The position numbers were made by a program, and so were the translations under genes. 19,403 nucleotides of DNA from Promethearchaeota archaeon (lineage in GTDB: Archaea; Asgardarchaeota; Lokiarchaeia; Sigyniarchaeales; SOKP01), in the NCBI GenBank assembly GCA_018238625.1, contig JABCSY010000074.1, positions 1-19,403 on the forward strand. The letters run 5' to 3'. The notes below the pieces were generated by a model. The model was not told the DNA's origin and searched no databases. It saw only the letters and a program-made list of their open reading frames with translations. Shown here one piece after another: positions 7,987-16,352 of the stretch; within the stretch, counting starts at the first letter, position 1; each line of letters begins with the position of its first letter.

Positions 7987-8891
7987 TGTTGGGTAAAAAA
8001 TTTACTATTATTGGCGGCTCTGGTGGAATGGGTAAAGTTTTTGGAAGATTTTTTAAAAAACATGGATTTGAAGTAACCTTATTTGCTCGAAACGAAGATA
8101 AATTAATAAAAGTAGCATTAGAGTTGAGCGTTAATTACGAGCTTTCGCTTGAAAAAAGCGTTAAAAACGCCGACATTGTTATGATCTCAATTCCAATAAG
8201 CTCTACTCCTGATATGATAAGAAAAATAGCACCACTTTTGAAAGAAAATGCGATAGTCTTTGATATTACTTCTTTAAAATCTGCCGTTTTTAAAGCCCTA
8301 ACAGAAATAAAAAATAATTTTCCAGTAAATTGCATTTCACTACATCCCATGTTTGGTCCAGGAATTAAAGATATGAAAAATTATTTTATGATGGTATTGA
8401 AAGTTGGAGGAACTGACCAATACGACGAGTTATTTAATGAACTTCTGAATTTATTTAAATTAGATGGATTAGTAATTACTGAAACCTTACCAGAAGTTCA
8501 CGATAAGAGAATAGCTTTAACGTTAGGTGTACCACACATGTTAAACATTCTATTTCTAAATCTTCTTAGAAGTACCGATGAACCATTGAACGAATTAACC
8601 AGATACACAGGCACAACTTTCTTGCTTCAAAAAGTTTTTGCAGAGAGTATTATCCAGAGAGAAATGGAAATGTTTGGAGAAATCCAAATGGAAAATAAAG
8701 AGTTTCTTAAAATCTTAGATCTATTCGAAAAATTACTCAATAAATATAAGAAAATAATAGAAGAAAAAAATGTTATAGGTTTTAGCGAAATTTTTTCTCA
8801 AAGCTTAGAATATTCCAAAGAAGACGATTACTTTGAGAATTCTTACAAGTACTTTTATGAATTTATGAATGTTTTAAAAAAAAGAAAATGA
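7986..8891 (+). CDS. tyrA: Prephenate/arogenate dehydrogenase
   Basis: IIGGSGGMG Rossmann motif, DITSLK, HPMFGP and HD......PH. TAATG stop/start overlap with aroE. Confidence 0.88.
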   Translation: MLGKKFTIIGGSGGMGKVFGRFFKKHGFEVTLFARNEDKLIKVALELSVNYELSLEKSVKNADIVMISIPISSTPDMIRKIAPLLKENAIVFDITSLKSAVFKALTEIKNNFPVNCISLHPMFGPGIKDMKNYFMMVLKVGGTDQYDELFNELLNLFKLDGLVITETLPEVHDKRIALTLGVPHMLNILFLNLLRSTDEPLNELTRYTGTTFLLQKVFAESIIQREMEMFGEIQMENKEFLKILDLFEKLLNKYKKIIEEKNVIGFSEIFSQSLEYSKEDDYFENSYKYFYEFMNVLKKRK

Positions 8892-8902
8892 AAAGAAAAT
8901 AT

Positions 8903-9271
8903 TTAATTAATTTTTGTTCCACAGAACGCACAGAATTTTAACCCTTCTCTCTCAGAAAGTTGTACTCCACAGTTGTAGCAAAACTTGGAATGTTCTTCAA
9001 TTGTGGACTCATTTGATTTGTAAAGATTTACCTCTCGATAACTTTTAGCTTCGTTAGTTTTTAGAGGTGAATAATTATTGGTTTGTTCCGATAAAATGGG
9101 TTGGCAAATAGTTTTACAATGAATACAATGAGTTGGTTTTTTATCGTAGTAAATTGCGAGATAAATAAGTAATCCAAACCCCGCTGTAAATATAAACAAA
9201 ATAATTATCAAACCTAAATCAATTTCTTCTCTCACTGTAAGAACGTTCGTCTTACAATTAGAACAATACAT
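8903..9271 (-). CDS. LITAF-like zinc-ribbon membrane protein with C-terminal double CxxC ribbon (paralog 1)
   Basis: CSNC - hydrophobic stretch - HCIHC, then FCYNCG...FCAFCG. The true start may be ATT at 9280. Confidence 0.75.
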   Translation of the reverse strand: MYCSNCKTNVLTVREEIDLGLIIILFIFTAGFGLLIYLAIYYDKKPTHCIHCKTICQPILSEQTNNYSPLKTNEAKSYREVNLYKSNESTIEEHSKFCYNCGVQLSEREGLKFCAFCGTKIN

Positions 9272-9288
9272 TGTTGTAATTTTTTTTT

Positions 9289-9295
9289 ACCTCCT
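9289..9295 (-). promoter_or_regulatory. Strong Shine-Dalgarno AGGAGGT
   Basis: Lies 8 nt upstream of an in-frame ATT (9280) and 17 nt upstream of the ATG (9271). Confidence 0.6.
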
Positions 9296-9481
9296 TTATC
9301 TATTTTCAGTAATATTATTTCTTCTTTAATTAAAGTTGACTTCAAGAGATTAAAAATAATTTGGAGTCCAATTTTTAAAAGAACATCTAAATTTTGTACA
9401 TATTTTTATTTTAAAATTCGTGAGGTTATTAAAAATTAAGTCAAAATCTAACTATATGAATTTATTTTAGATAGTTCAACA

Positions 9482-9700
9482 ATGGAAAAATTAACATCGT
9501 TTCAGGTCTATAGTGTTGGAAACATTGGAACTCTTAATATTCTGGTTGATAAAATATGGGTAAAAGAGAATAGAATCTATTTTAGAGTACAAAAAGTTCT
9601 ATCAATTGAGAAAACATACTTGAGAAAAGAAAAAACCCCCAATATTTATTCTATCAACGAAAGTGATCTATTTAGTATAAGATGTAAATTGTATTTTTAA
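9482..9700 (+). CDS. Small hypothetical protein (72 aa, beta-rich pattern)
   Basis: ATG-initiated ORF filling the gap between two paralogs, with no competing ORF and no recognised motif. Confidence 0.6.
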   Translation: MEKLTSFQVYSVGNIGTLNILVDKIWVKENRIYFRVQKVLSIEKTYLRKEKTPNIYSINESDLFSIRCKLYF

Positions 9701-9719
9701 TTGGGAATTATTTCATAAA

Positions 9720-10124
9720 TTAAACTTTCGTGCCACAATGTGGGCAAAATTTAGCGTCTTTATTTTCTAAACGCTCTCCACAAAATGGACAGAAATTCGG
9801 TTGTATAGTTTTAACATCCTCAATCGATTCGTTAGCTTTGTATTCAGTTTTTTGCTGCTTTTGGGTTTCAGTCTGAAAGTGATATGGATTTTGAACATTT
9901 CGAGCTTTTTGTTGCACAAGTTGGGCGTTAGGCGCTGTTAATGTTTTAATATGTGAGTGACAGTGAACACAGCGATCTTCAGTTTTGCTATAATAAATTA
10001 TTAAATATATAATAAGTCCAATTCCTCCCGTAAAACATAATAAAATTATTGCTACTGGCCAATCTATCTCTTCTCTAACTAATAAAACATTTTGTTTGCA
10101 ATTGGAACAAAATCCTGTTGTCAT
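9720..10124 (-). CDS. LITAF-like zinc-ribbon membrane protein with C-terminal double CxxC ribbon (paralog 2)
   Basis: CSNC - hydrophobic stretch - RCVHC, Q-rich linker, then FCPFCG...FCPHCG. Clearly homologous to 8903-9271. Confidence 0.78.
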   Translation of the reverse strand: MTTGFCSNCKQNVLLVREEIDWPVAIILLCFTGGIGLIIYLIIYYSKTEDRCVHCHSHIKTLTAPNAQLVQQKARNVQNPYHFQTETQKQQKTEYKANESIEDVKTIQPNFCPFCGERLENKDAKFCPHCGTKV

Positions 10125-10310
10125 ACTTATCGCCTTAATATATTTTTAAATTAACCTATTAATATTGAATACACATTTTCCTTTAAAATTTTAATCAACC
10201 TTAAAACCTAAATTAGTTAAAATTCAAATGATTAATAATTTATATAGAAATTGCAATATTTTCCTATTAATTTTTATAGATTCAAATAATAATTTAACAT
10301 GAAATAAACG

Positions 10311-10925
10311 ATGCAACAAACATTATTTATTGTATTAGATGGAATAGATGGATCTGGCACTACTACTCATAGCAAATTACTGGCAGGCTTTTTAAGCTTG
10401 AAAGGTTTAAAAATCTATTTAACTCATGAGCCTTCAAATAGCGAAATTGGAAAATTATTAAGAGATTTTTTGAAAGACGATAAAATTCCACCGTCAACGG
10501 ACGCCTTATTGTTTGCTGCTGACAGAGACCTTCATTATAGAAATGATATAAAGATGAAGTTAGAAGAAGGTTATATTGTCATATCAGATAGGTATATTGA
10601 ATCTTCTATTATATATCAATCGTGTCAATCTGAAAGTATAACAATTGAATGGGTGAAGAGCTTAAATAAGTTTGCAGGTAAACCCGACTTAACAATTATC
10701 TTAGACATCGATCCTAAAATGTCATTAGCAAGAAAAAATCAAAGGGATTTAGAAAAATTCGAAGATACTTCATTTTTAGAACAAGTAAGAAAACTCTACA
10801 TTACCCGTGCCAAAGAAGAGGGGTATTCTATAATAAATACCGACGATATTATTGAACTTGTTCAAGAAAATATTCAACAGATTGTATTAAATAAATTAAA
10901 AGCTAAGGGGATTCAAGTTAAATAA
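10311..10925 (+). CDS. tmk: Thymidylate kinase
   Basis: FIVLDGIDGSGTTT, THEP, ALLFAADR, VISDRY..SS..YQ and PDLTI.LD motifs. Confidence 0.95.
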   Translation: MQQTLFIVLDGIDGSGTTTHSKLLAGFLSLKGLKIYLTHEPSNSEIGKLLRDFLKDDKIPPSTDALLFAADRDLHYRNDIKMKLEEGYIVISDRYIESSIIYQSCQSESITIEWVKSLNKFAGKPDLTIILDIDPKMSLARKNQRDLEKFEDTSFLEQVRKLYITRAKEEGYSIINTDDIIELVQENIQQIVLNKLKAKGIQVK

Positions 10926-10983
10926 TAAATTTTGTATAATATAATATTTTTTGTGTAAACCAAGAACTTACGCGTGAAACAAA

Positions 10984-12249
10984 ATGAGTTATACAATAGC
11001 AGAAAAAATACTTAAAGAACATTCAAATCTTAAAGAGATATCGCCTGGACAATTTATCGATTCTGATATTGATTTGATAATGGTTCACGAACAATTAGGT
11101 GGAAGAGTACATATAGAATACGAGAAACTCGGAATAGATTATGTATGGGATCCAGACAAGATTTTTTTCATATTAGATCACTGGGTACCTCCTCCCACGA
11201 TATCAGCAGCCCAAATGCACCAAGACGCAAGAAAATTTGCTGAGAAATATAAATTCACTAATAACTACGGTTACCAATTAGACAAAGGTATATGTCATCA
11301 GGTTTTACCTGAAATGGGTTTTGCAAGGCCAGGAATGTTAATAGTGGGCTCTGATAGTCATACAACAACATACGGGGCTTTCAATTGTTTGTCTACCGGT
11401 ATAGGCGCTACAGACGTCTCTGTTGTGTTTGCTACGGGTAAGATGTGGTTAAAAGTTCCCGAATCGTTTAAAATCAATTTATCTGGCACGCTAGACAAAG
11501 GTGTAATGTCAAAGGATTTTATCTTAACTTTGATAGGAGATATTTCCACTAAAGGAGCTATATATAAATCGTTAGAATTTCATGGAAGTGGCTCTCAACG
11601 CTTATCTATTGACTCTAGGATGACAGTGGCAAATATGGTTGTGGAAGCGGGAGCAAAATTTGGTGTATTTTTACCTGATAAAAAACTTGAAGATTGGTTA
11701 GAAAAGAGAACAAAAAAACAATATAATAAAGTTTTACCAGACGGGGATGCGGAGTATGAGAAGGAATTTCATTACAACTTGTCTGAAATTACTCCTGTTG
11801 TAGCTAAACCCTCAAATCCCGGAAATCTGGCTAACATAGAAGATGTAGAGGGATATAAAATAGACCAAGCGTTTTTAGGTAGTTGTACTAATGGTAGAAT
11901 GGAAGACCTTCGAATTGCTGCTAAAATACTAAACGGTAAAAAAATCAATTCCAATACTAGAATGATTGTAACACCCGCTTCAAAAGAAATATACTTGCAC
12001 GCTTTAAGAGAAGGTTTAATTGAAATCTTTTTAAGTGCTGGAGCTATAGTTACTAATTCTACGTGTGGGGCTTGTATTGGGGGACATCTTGGAGTGTTGG
12101 GACCTAAAGATGTTTGTATCAGTAGCACAAATCGAAATTTTATTGGTAGAATGGGGGATCCTTCTTCAGAAGTCTTTCTAGCCTCACCAGCAACCGTAGC
12201 GGCATCAGCCCTAAACGGAAAAATAACTGATCCAAGGGAGGTGTTATAA
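10984..12249 (+). CDS. leuC: 3-isopropylmalate dehydratase/homoaconitase family large subunit
   Basis: GICHQV, GSDSHTTTYGA, GSCTNGR, CGACIG, STNRNFIGRMG and LASP motifs. Exact substrate is uncertain. Confidence 0.85.
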   Translation: MSYTIAEKILKEHSNLKEISPGQFIDSDIDLIMVHEQLGGRVHIEYEKLGIDYVWDPDKIFFILDHWVPPPTISAAQMHQDARKFAEKYKFTNNYGYQLDKGICHQVLPEMGFARPGMLIVGSDSHTTTYGAFNCLSTGIGATDVSVVFATGKMWLKVPESFKINLSGTLDKGVMSKDFILTLIGDISTKGAIYKSLEFHGSGSQRLSIDSRMTVANMVVEAGAKFGVFLPDKKLEDWLEKRTKKQYNKVLPDGDAEYEKEFHYNLSEITPVVAKPSNPGNLANIEDVEGYKIDQAFLGSCTNGRMEDLRIAAKILNGKKINSNTRMIVTPASKEIYLHALREGLIEIFLSAGAIVTNSTCGACIGGHLGVLGPKDVCISSTNRNFIGRMGDPSSEVFLASPATVAASALNGKITDPREVL

Positions 12250-12251
12250 AT

Positions 12252-12743
12252 ATGGATATAATTGAAGGGTATGCCTACATCCTTGGTGACGATATTAGCA
12301 CAGACGACATCATTCCGAGTCATACATTGACTATAAGAGATGAAAATGAAATGGTTAAACACGCTTTAGAATTTATAGACCCTTACTTTTCCAAACATGT
12401 TGACAGAGGAAATATTATTATAGCTGGAGAGAATTTTGGAACAGGAAGTTCTCGTGAAGAAGCAGTCTATGTATTCAAAATTTTGGGAATAAAAGCAATT
12501 ATTGCCAAATCTTTTGCAAGAATTTATTTTAGGAACTTAATAAATAACGGCATTCCAGCAATTACTTTAGAATGGGAATCTGATAATTTTACGAAACAAG
12601 ATAATATAGAAATTTCTTTGGAAAAAGGTGTTCTAATAAACAAATCAAAAAATTTAACTATCAACTTTAAAAAAATACCAAAATTCCTAACAGGTATTAT
12701 AGATAGCGGAGGAATCATAAACCAATTAAAAAAAAAACTTTAA
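12252..12743 (+). CDS. leuD: 3-isopropylmalate dehydratase/homoaconitase family small subunit
   Basis: GDDISTDDIIP, AGENFGTGSSRE and SFARIYFRN..NNG motifs; adjacent to the large subunit. Confidence 0.85.
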   Translation: MDIIEGYAYILGDDISTDDIIPSHTLTIRDENEMVKHALEFIDPYFSKHVDRGNIIIAGENFGTGSSREEAVYVFKILGIKAIIAKSFARIYFRNLINNGIPAITLEWESDNFTKQDNIEISLEKGVLINKSKNLTINFKKIPKFLTGIIDSGGIINQLKKKL

Positions 12744-12752
12744 GTTTCTAAA

Positions 12753-13286
12753 TTATGTTAAATCTTCAATTTCTCTTTGTATTTTTTCAATTCGTTCTTT
12801 AGCTTTAATAAGTATCTGAGTTTTACCATATTTATTGAACCATTTTTCAAATCTCTGTTCGATAGAAACTTCTTTAGTTCCTGCTATATGTTTATCTGCA
12901 AGACAGATAATTTTTTCTTCAAGGGTTTGTGGTAAAAAATCTTTCTCAGGTAACCCAACTCGCTTAGCATCTTCTTTATCTAATCCACCTAAAATATGAG
13001 TTTCACAAATTTTGGCAAGCCGCTCTGGTAAACCTCTTTCTCTAATTATTTTAGCCCCAATTAAGGCGTGATTAAACCCATGGGTTTTACACCTACCAAT
13101 ATCGTGTAAGAGGCCTCCAATTTCAATTAAATCCATATCAACCTCTCTCAACTTAATTCTTTCTGCTAACTCTAAAGCTTTCTCAGCAACTTTTAGAGAA
13201 TGACGCCGTACATTATATGGAACTTTTAACTTTTTCAATAAGTCAAAAGCAAAATCGCTATTAGGTAGAGTTTCTTCGCTTGCCAT
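12753..13286 (-). CDS. HDIG-type HD-superfamily metal-dependent hydrolase (archaeal TIGR00295-like)
   Basis: HS..V, LLHDIGR, HA..GA, E.HI.GG and P.TLEEKII..AD motifs. Confidence 0.85.
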   Translation of the reverse strand: MASEETLPNSDFAFDLLKKLKVPYNVRRHSLKVAEKALELAERIKLREVDMDLIEIGGLLHDIGRCKTHGFNHALIGAKIIRERGLPERLAKICETHILGGLDKEDAKRVGLPEKDFLPQTLEEKIICLADKHIAGTKEVSIEQRFEKWFNKYGKTQILIKAKERIEKIQREIEDLT

Positions 13287-13362
13287 TACACTTTAATAAT
13301 TAATTATTAACTAAAAGGTTTAGTTAAACAAATTCTATCCAATACTTTTTTTGTTTTATAAA

Positions 13363-13851
13363 TTAATAAACTTCTTCATAAGGGCCACTTATGAAACCTC
13401 CTAAGGAACCACCTATAATAGACCCTATAATTGCAGTAATTATTCCTCCAATTGTAACAGATAGTTGAGTTCCTTGAAATAAAGCCATTAAATCTTCGCC
13501 AGATATAACGCTTAACAACATCCAGATTAAAAAATCGATTATAATAATCAGCAAACTTGCGATAAAACCTCTTTTCAAACCTTTCGAAATAGTACCACTC
13601 AAATAACCAATAAAAATACTAGCGAGAAGCTGTGGAGCAAGAACATCGATTATCGTGGACGATCCGGCAAATATTGAAAAGAGATCGTATTTAAAATTAG
13701 CTCCAATTAAAATGATTATAACTTTTAAAACGTCAATTTGTGAATAAAGTTGTAGTTGGATAATTATCTCTTCCATACTAAAAAAGAATGCTGTAAAAAA
13801 ACTAAAAACAATTCCAACAACAATTCCAAGCAATAATCTATACGAAACCAT
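13363..13851 (-). CDS. Hypothetical multi-pass membrane protein
   Basis: Several hydrophobic helices with Gly-zipper-like GxxxG runs near the C-terminus. Confidence 0.75.
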   Translation of the reverse strand: MVSYRLLLGIVVGIVFSFFTAFFFSMEEIIIQLQLYSQIDVLKVIIILIGANFKYDLFSIFAGSSTIIDVLAPQLLASIFIGYLSGTISKGLKRGFIASLLIIIIDFLIWMLLSVISGEDLMALFQGTQLSVTIGGIITAIIGSIIGGSLGGFISGPYEEVY

Positions 13852-14027
13852 TCTCGATCAAATATGTTATTTGAGTTTAATAATAAATTTAATTATTTTG
13901 ATATATTAAATCTTTAGTTCTAAGAGAATTAGAAGATTTCTTTTAATAAAATTTTAAAATTATGTTATTTTATTTAATTTATCTAAGATTGTAATTTGAT
14001 ATACTAATTCTATTATAGGGTATTACA

Positions 14028-14858
14028 TTGGCTAAAAAAAAGAAAAAAATAGAAAAAACTAAGAAAACTCTGAAGGAAGAAGTAAAAGAAAAAGTAAAAG
14101 TAAAAGAAAAAGATATCGAGGAAGATTTCGAAGAAGATTTTGAAGAAGATTTAGATATCGAAAAAGAACTTAATTTGCTTGATACTGACGATATAGACGC
14201 TGAAGTTGAGCAACCTGAAAAAATTATTGACAAGGATGAGGAAAAAAAGCAATTATATCTAAGTTGTGGAATCCACATTGGAACAAAATTATTATCTGGA
14301 GATGCGAAACAATTTGTGTACAGACAAACTAATTACGGTTTGTATGTTATTGATTTGACTAAAACTGACGAACGCCTAAATGTTGCCGCAAAATTCCTGA
14401 GCAAATATGTTGAGGGTGGAAGCGATAAGGTGATCGTATCCTCCGTCAGAAGATATGGAAAAGAACCAGTAAAACAATTTTGCAAAGTGTTAGGATGTAG
14501 AGCAATCACCACGCGTTTTATTCCTGGCTCTTTAACAAATCCTGTCATAGATGATTATATTAAAGATGCGTCGGTGGTAGTTATCGTTGATCCTCATGCC
14601 GATAAAGTAATTTTAAGAGAAGCCCAATTAGCTCGAATCCCCGTCGTAGCATTGTTCGATACTGACGATTTACTTGATGGAATCGACCTCGCAATACCCG
14701 CAAATAATAGAGGGAAGAAAGCGTTAGGCTTAGCTTTTTGGTTGTTAGCACGACAGATTTTGATGGAATTAGGGAAGATTTCAAGCGAAGACGATTTTCC
14801 CTACACTTTAGAAGAATTCACTTCAAAAATCGTGCCTATGTATCGTCAACAACAGTAA
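14028..14858 (+). CDS. rps2: 30S ribosomal protein S2 (uS2, archaeal type) with long charged N-terminal extension
   Basis: YL..GIHIGTK, GLYVIDL.KTDERL, RFIPGSLTNP and IPANNRGKKALGL.FWLLAR motifs; TTG start. Confidence 0.95.
   Translation: MAKKKKKIEKTKKTLKEEVKEKVKVKEKDIEEDFEEDFEEDLDIEKELNLLDTDDIDAEVEQPEKIIDKDEEKKQLYLSCGIHIGTKLLSGDAKQFVYRQTNYGLYVIDLTKTDERLNVAAKFLSKYVEGGSDKVIVSSVRRYGKEPVKQFCKVLGCRAITTRFIPGSLTNPVIDDYIKDASVVVIVDPHADKVILREAQLARIPVVALFDTDDLLDGIDLAIPANNRGKKALGLAFWLLARQILMELGKISSEDDFPYTLEEFTSKIVPMYRQQQ
14118..14153 (+). repeat. 12-bp coding tandem repeat x3 (EEDF EEDF EEDL)
   Basis: GAGGAAGATTTC GAAGAAGATTTT GAAGAAGATTTA, flanked by GATATC on both sides. Confidence 0.85.
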
Positions 14859-14922
14859 TTTTTCTCTTATTTTTCTTCTTTGCTTGGCTAATAATTTATT
14901 TCGTCGTTTTTCTTATTTATTT

Positions 14923-14946
14923 AAAACAATTTGGTTAAATTGTTTT
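14923..14946. terminator. Perfect 10-bp inverted repeat (terminator or operator)
   Basis: AAAACAATTT-GGTT-AAATTGTTTT downstream of rps2. Confidence 0.45.
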
Positions 14947-14982
14947 TATTCTATGAATCACAACTTTTTAATCAATCTAAGA

Positions 14983-15032
14983 TTTTTGGGTGTTTAGGGG
15001 TTTTTGGAGTTTTGGAGTTTTTAGTTTTTGTG
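14983..15032 (+). repeat. G/T-rich degenerate short tandem repeat tract
   Basis: TTTTTGGGTG TTTAGGGG TTTTTGGAG TTTTGGAG TTTTTAG TTTTTGTG; no C on the + strand. Confidence 0.6.
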
Positions 15033-15091
15033 ACTTTCGCATAATAAAACAGGATACTAGGGGGATATCGGGACACGAAAGGGAGATTTAG

Positions 15092-15253
15092 CTTGAAACG
15101 ATAAGGAGTGGGAAGACTCTTATTATCGTGCCCTTTATTTTAGGTTATAACGAGTTCCAAGAATTCATAACAACGGAATACGAAAGATTAACAGGAAAAA
15201 AGTTAGAGAATCGTTCTAAACATGACTGGAGAAGATTTAAACGAAAAATTTAG
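15092..15253 (+). pseudogene. Probable 3' remnant of a gene
   Basis: Open frame LETIRSGKTLIIVPFILGYNEFQEFITTEYERLTGKKLENRSKHDWRRFKRKI* after a TAG at 15089-15091. It is protein-like but has no ATG (only a GTG at 15128). Confidence 0.35.
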
Positions 15254-15284
15254 ATATAAACCCTTATTTTATATCAGATAAAAA

Positions 15285-16064
15285 TTAGATTATTTTTACG
15301 AAAAGCTCTTTTGCAGATTTGTAAAATTTGTTTTCAGCAGAAATATCTAGCAGATTTTTTTCGAGTAAGTTCATTTTACTAATTTCTTCGTCGTTAGGAA
15401 GTAAGCCTAGAAATTTTACCCTATCGTCTTTAATGTTTTCAACTCTTTCGGTTAATAATTTTTTCATGTCTTCGGGAAAACGATTACCGATAACGAGGAT
15501 GTTTTTAAAGTCTAATTGGACTTCGTTGGTTACTTCGACGATTCTTTCGATGGTATGAAATCCCATTTTACTCGCGTCCGTTACGATAACGAGGTCAGTC
15601 ACATCCCGCCCCGTCCTTCGGGCAAAGTGCTCTAACCCAGCGGGACTGTCTATTAGAACGATATCGTAATTTTTGGATAATACATCAATTATGCGTTTGA
15701 GTGAATTATTTACACTGCAATAGCATCCACTACCCTCTCCGCGTCCCATTTCTAAAAGGTCGAAGTCGTCTAATTCTATAAGCGCGCCGAAAACCTCAGA
15801 TTCGATAATTGAATCTTTCGAAACTTCGAGGGGTATTTGTCTTTTCTGAATTTTTTCCTTGAGCGCTGTCATTTTTCCTCCTACCGTTTGTTTGAACCCA
15901 ACGTCTTCACCGATAATGTCTCCGATGTTTGCGTCGGGATCGGCGTCAATAACCAGTATGTTCTCGTATTTTTTCGATTCCAAGATGTGTTTAAGCATGA
16001 GCACTAGCAAGGTAGATTTGCCAACGCCGCCTTTTCCGCTAAATGATACAATTTTTAACGTCAC
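15285..16064 (-). CDS. cooC: CooC/AcsF-type nickel-insertion ATPase (CO dehydrogenase/acetyl-CoA synthase maturation)
   Basis: Deviant Walker A GKGGVGKST, IDADPDAN, GSGCYC metal-binding CxC and D..AGLEH..R motifs; GTG start. Confidence 0.85.
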   Translation of the reverse strand: MTLKIVSFSGKGGVGKSTLLVLMLKHILESKKYENILVIDADPDANIGDIIGEDVGFKQTVGGKMTALKEKIQKRQIPLEVSKDSIIESEVFGALIELDDFDLLEMGRGEGSGCYCSVNNSLKRIIDVLSKNYDIVLIDSPAGLEHFARRTGRDVTDLVIVTDASKMGFHTIERIVEVTNEVQLDFKNILVIGNRFPEDMKKLLTERVENIKDDRVKFLGLLPNDEEISKMNLLEKNLLDISAENKFYKSAKELFVKII

Positions 16065-16318
16065 GATTTTTCTTACTCTCTCTATTTCGTTTAAGCGAGC
16101 TTATGTGAAAAAAAAGGTGCACCTCATATAAGGTTTGATCTTATAAAAACTAAAATTACTCTTTAAAAATATTAATCTTGATACTCAAACTTAAATAAAA
16201 GGTTTGATATAATCATATAAAAATATATAAGGCAAGAACTACCGCTCATAAATTTATCTTACCCAGAGAAAATCGCTCTTATCAAGAAGTAAAAGAGATA
16301 TTTGCAAAAATAATATAG

Positions 16319-16352
16319 AGCTTTTAATTATATTAAAACTCAATTAAAAGCT
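16319..16352 (-). terminator. 11-bp inverted repeat directly after the LVIVD gene stop
   Basis: AGCTTTTAATT...AATTAAAAGCT with a 12-nt spacer, followed on the minus strand by a T-rich stretch. Confidence 0.45.

Noticed and set aside
11772-12362. 196-aa antisense ORF
   Set aside because: It is a shadow of leuC/leuD.
14977-15042. 21-aa minus-strand ORF MRKSQKLKTPKLQKPLNTQKS and telomere-like TTTAGGG
   Set aside because: Both are by-products of the low-complexity G/T tract, and there is only one TTTAGGG unit.
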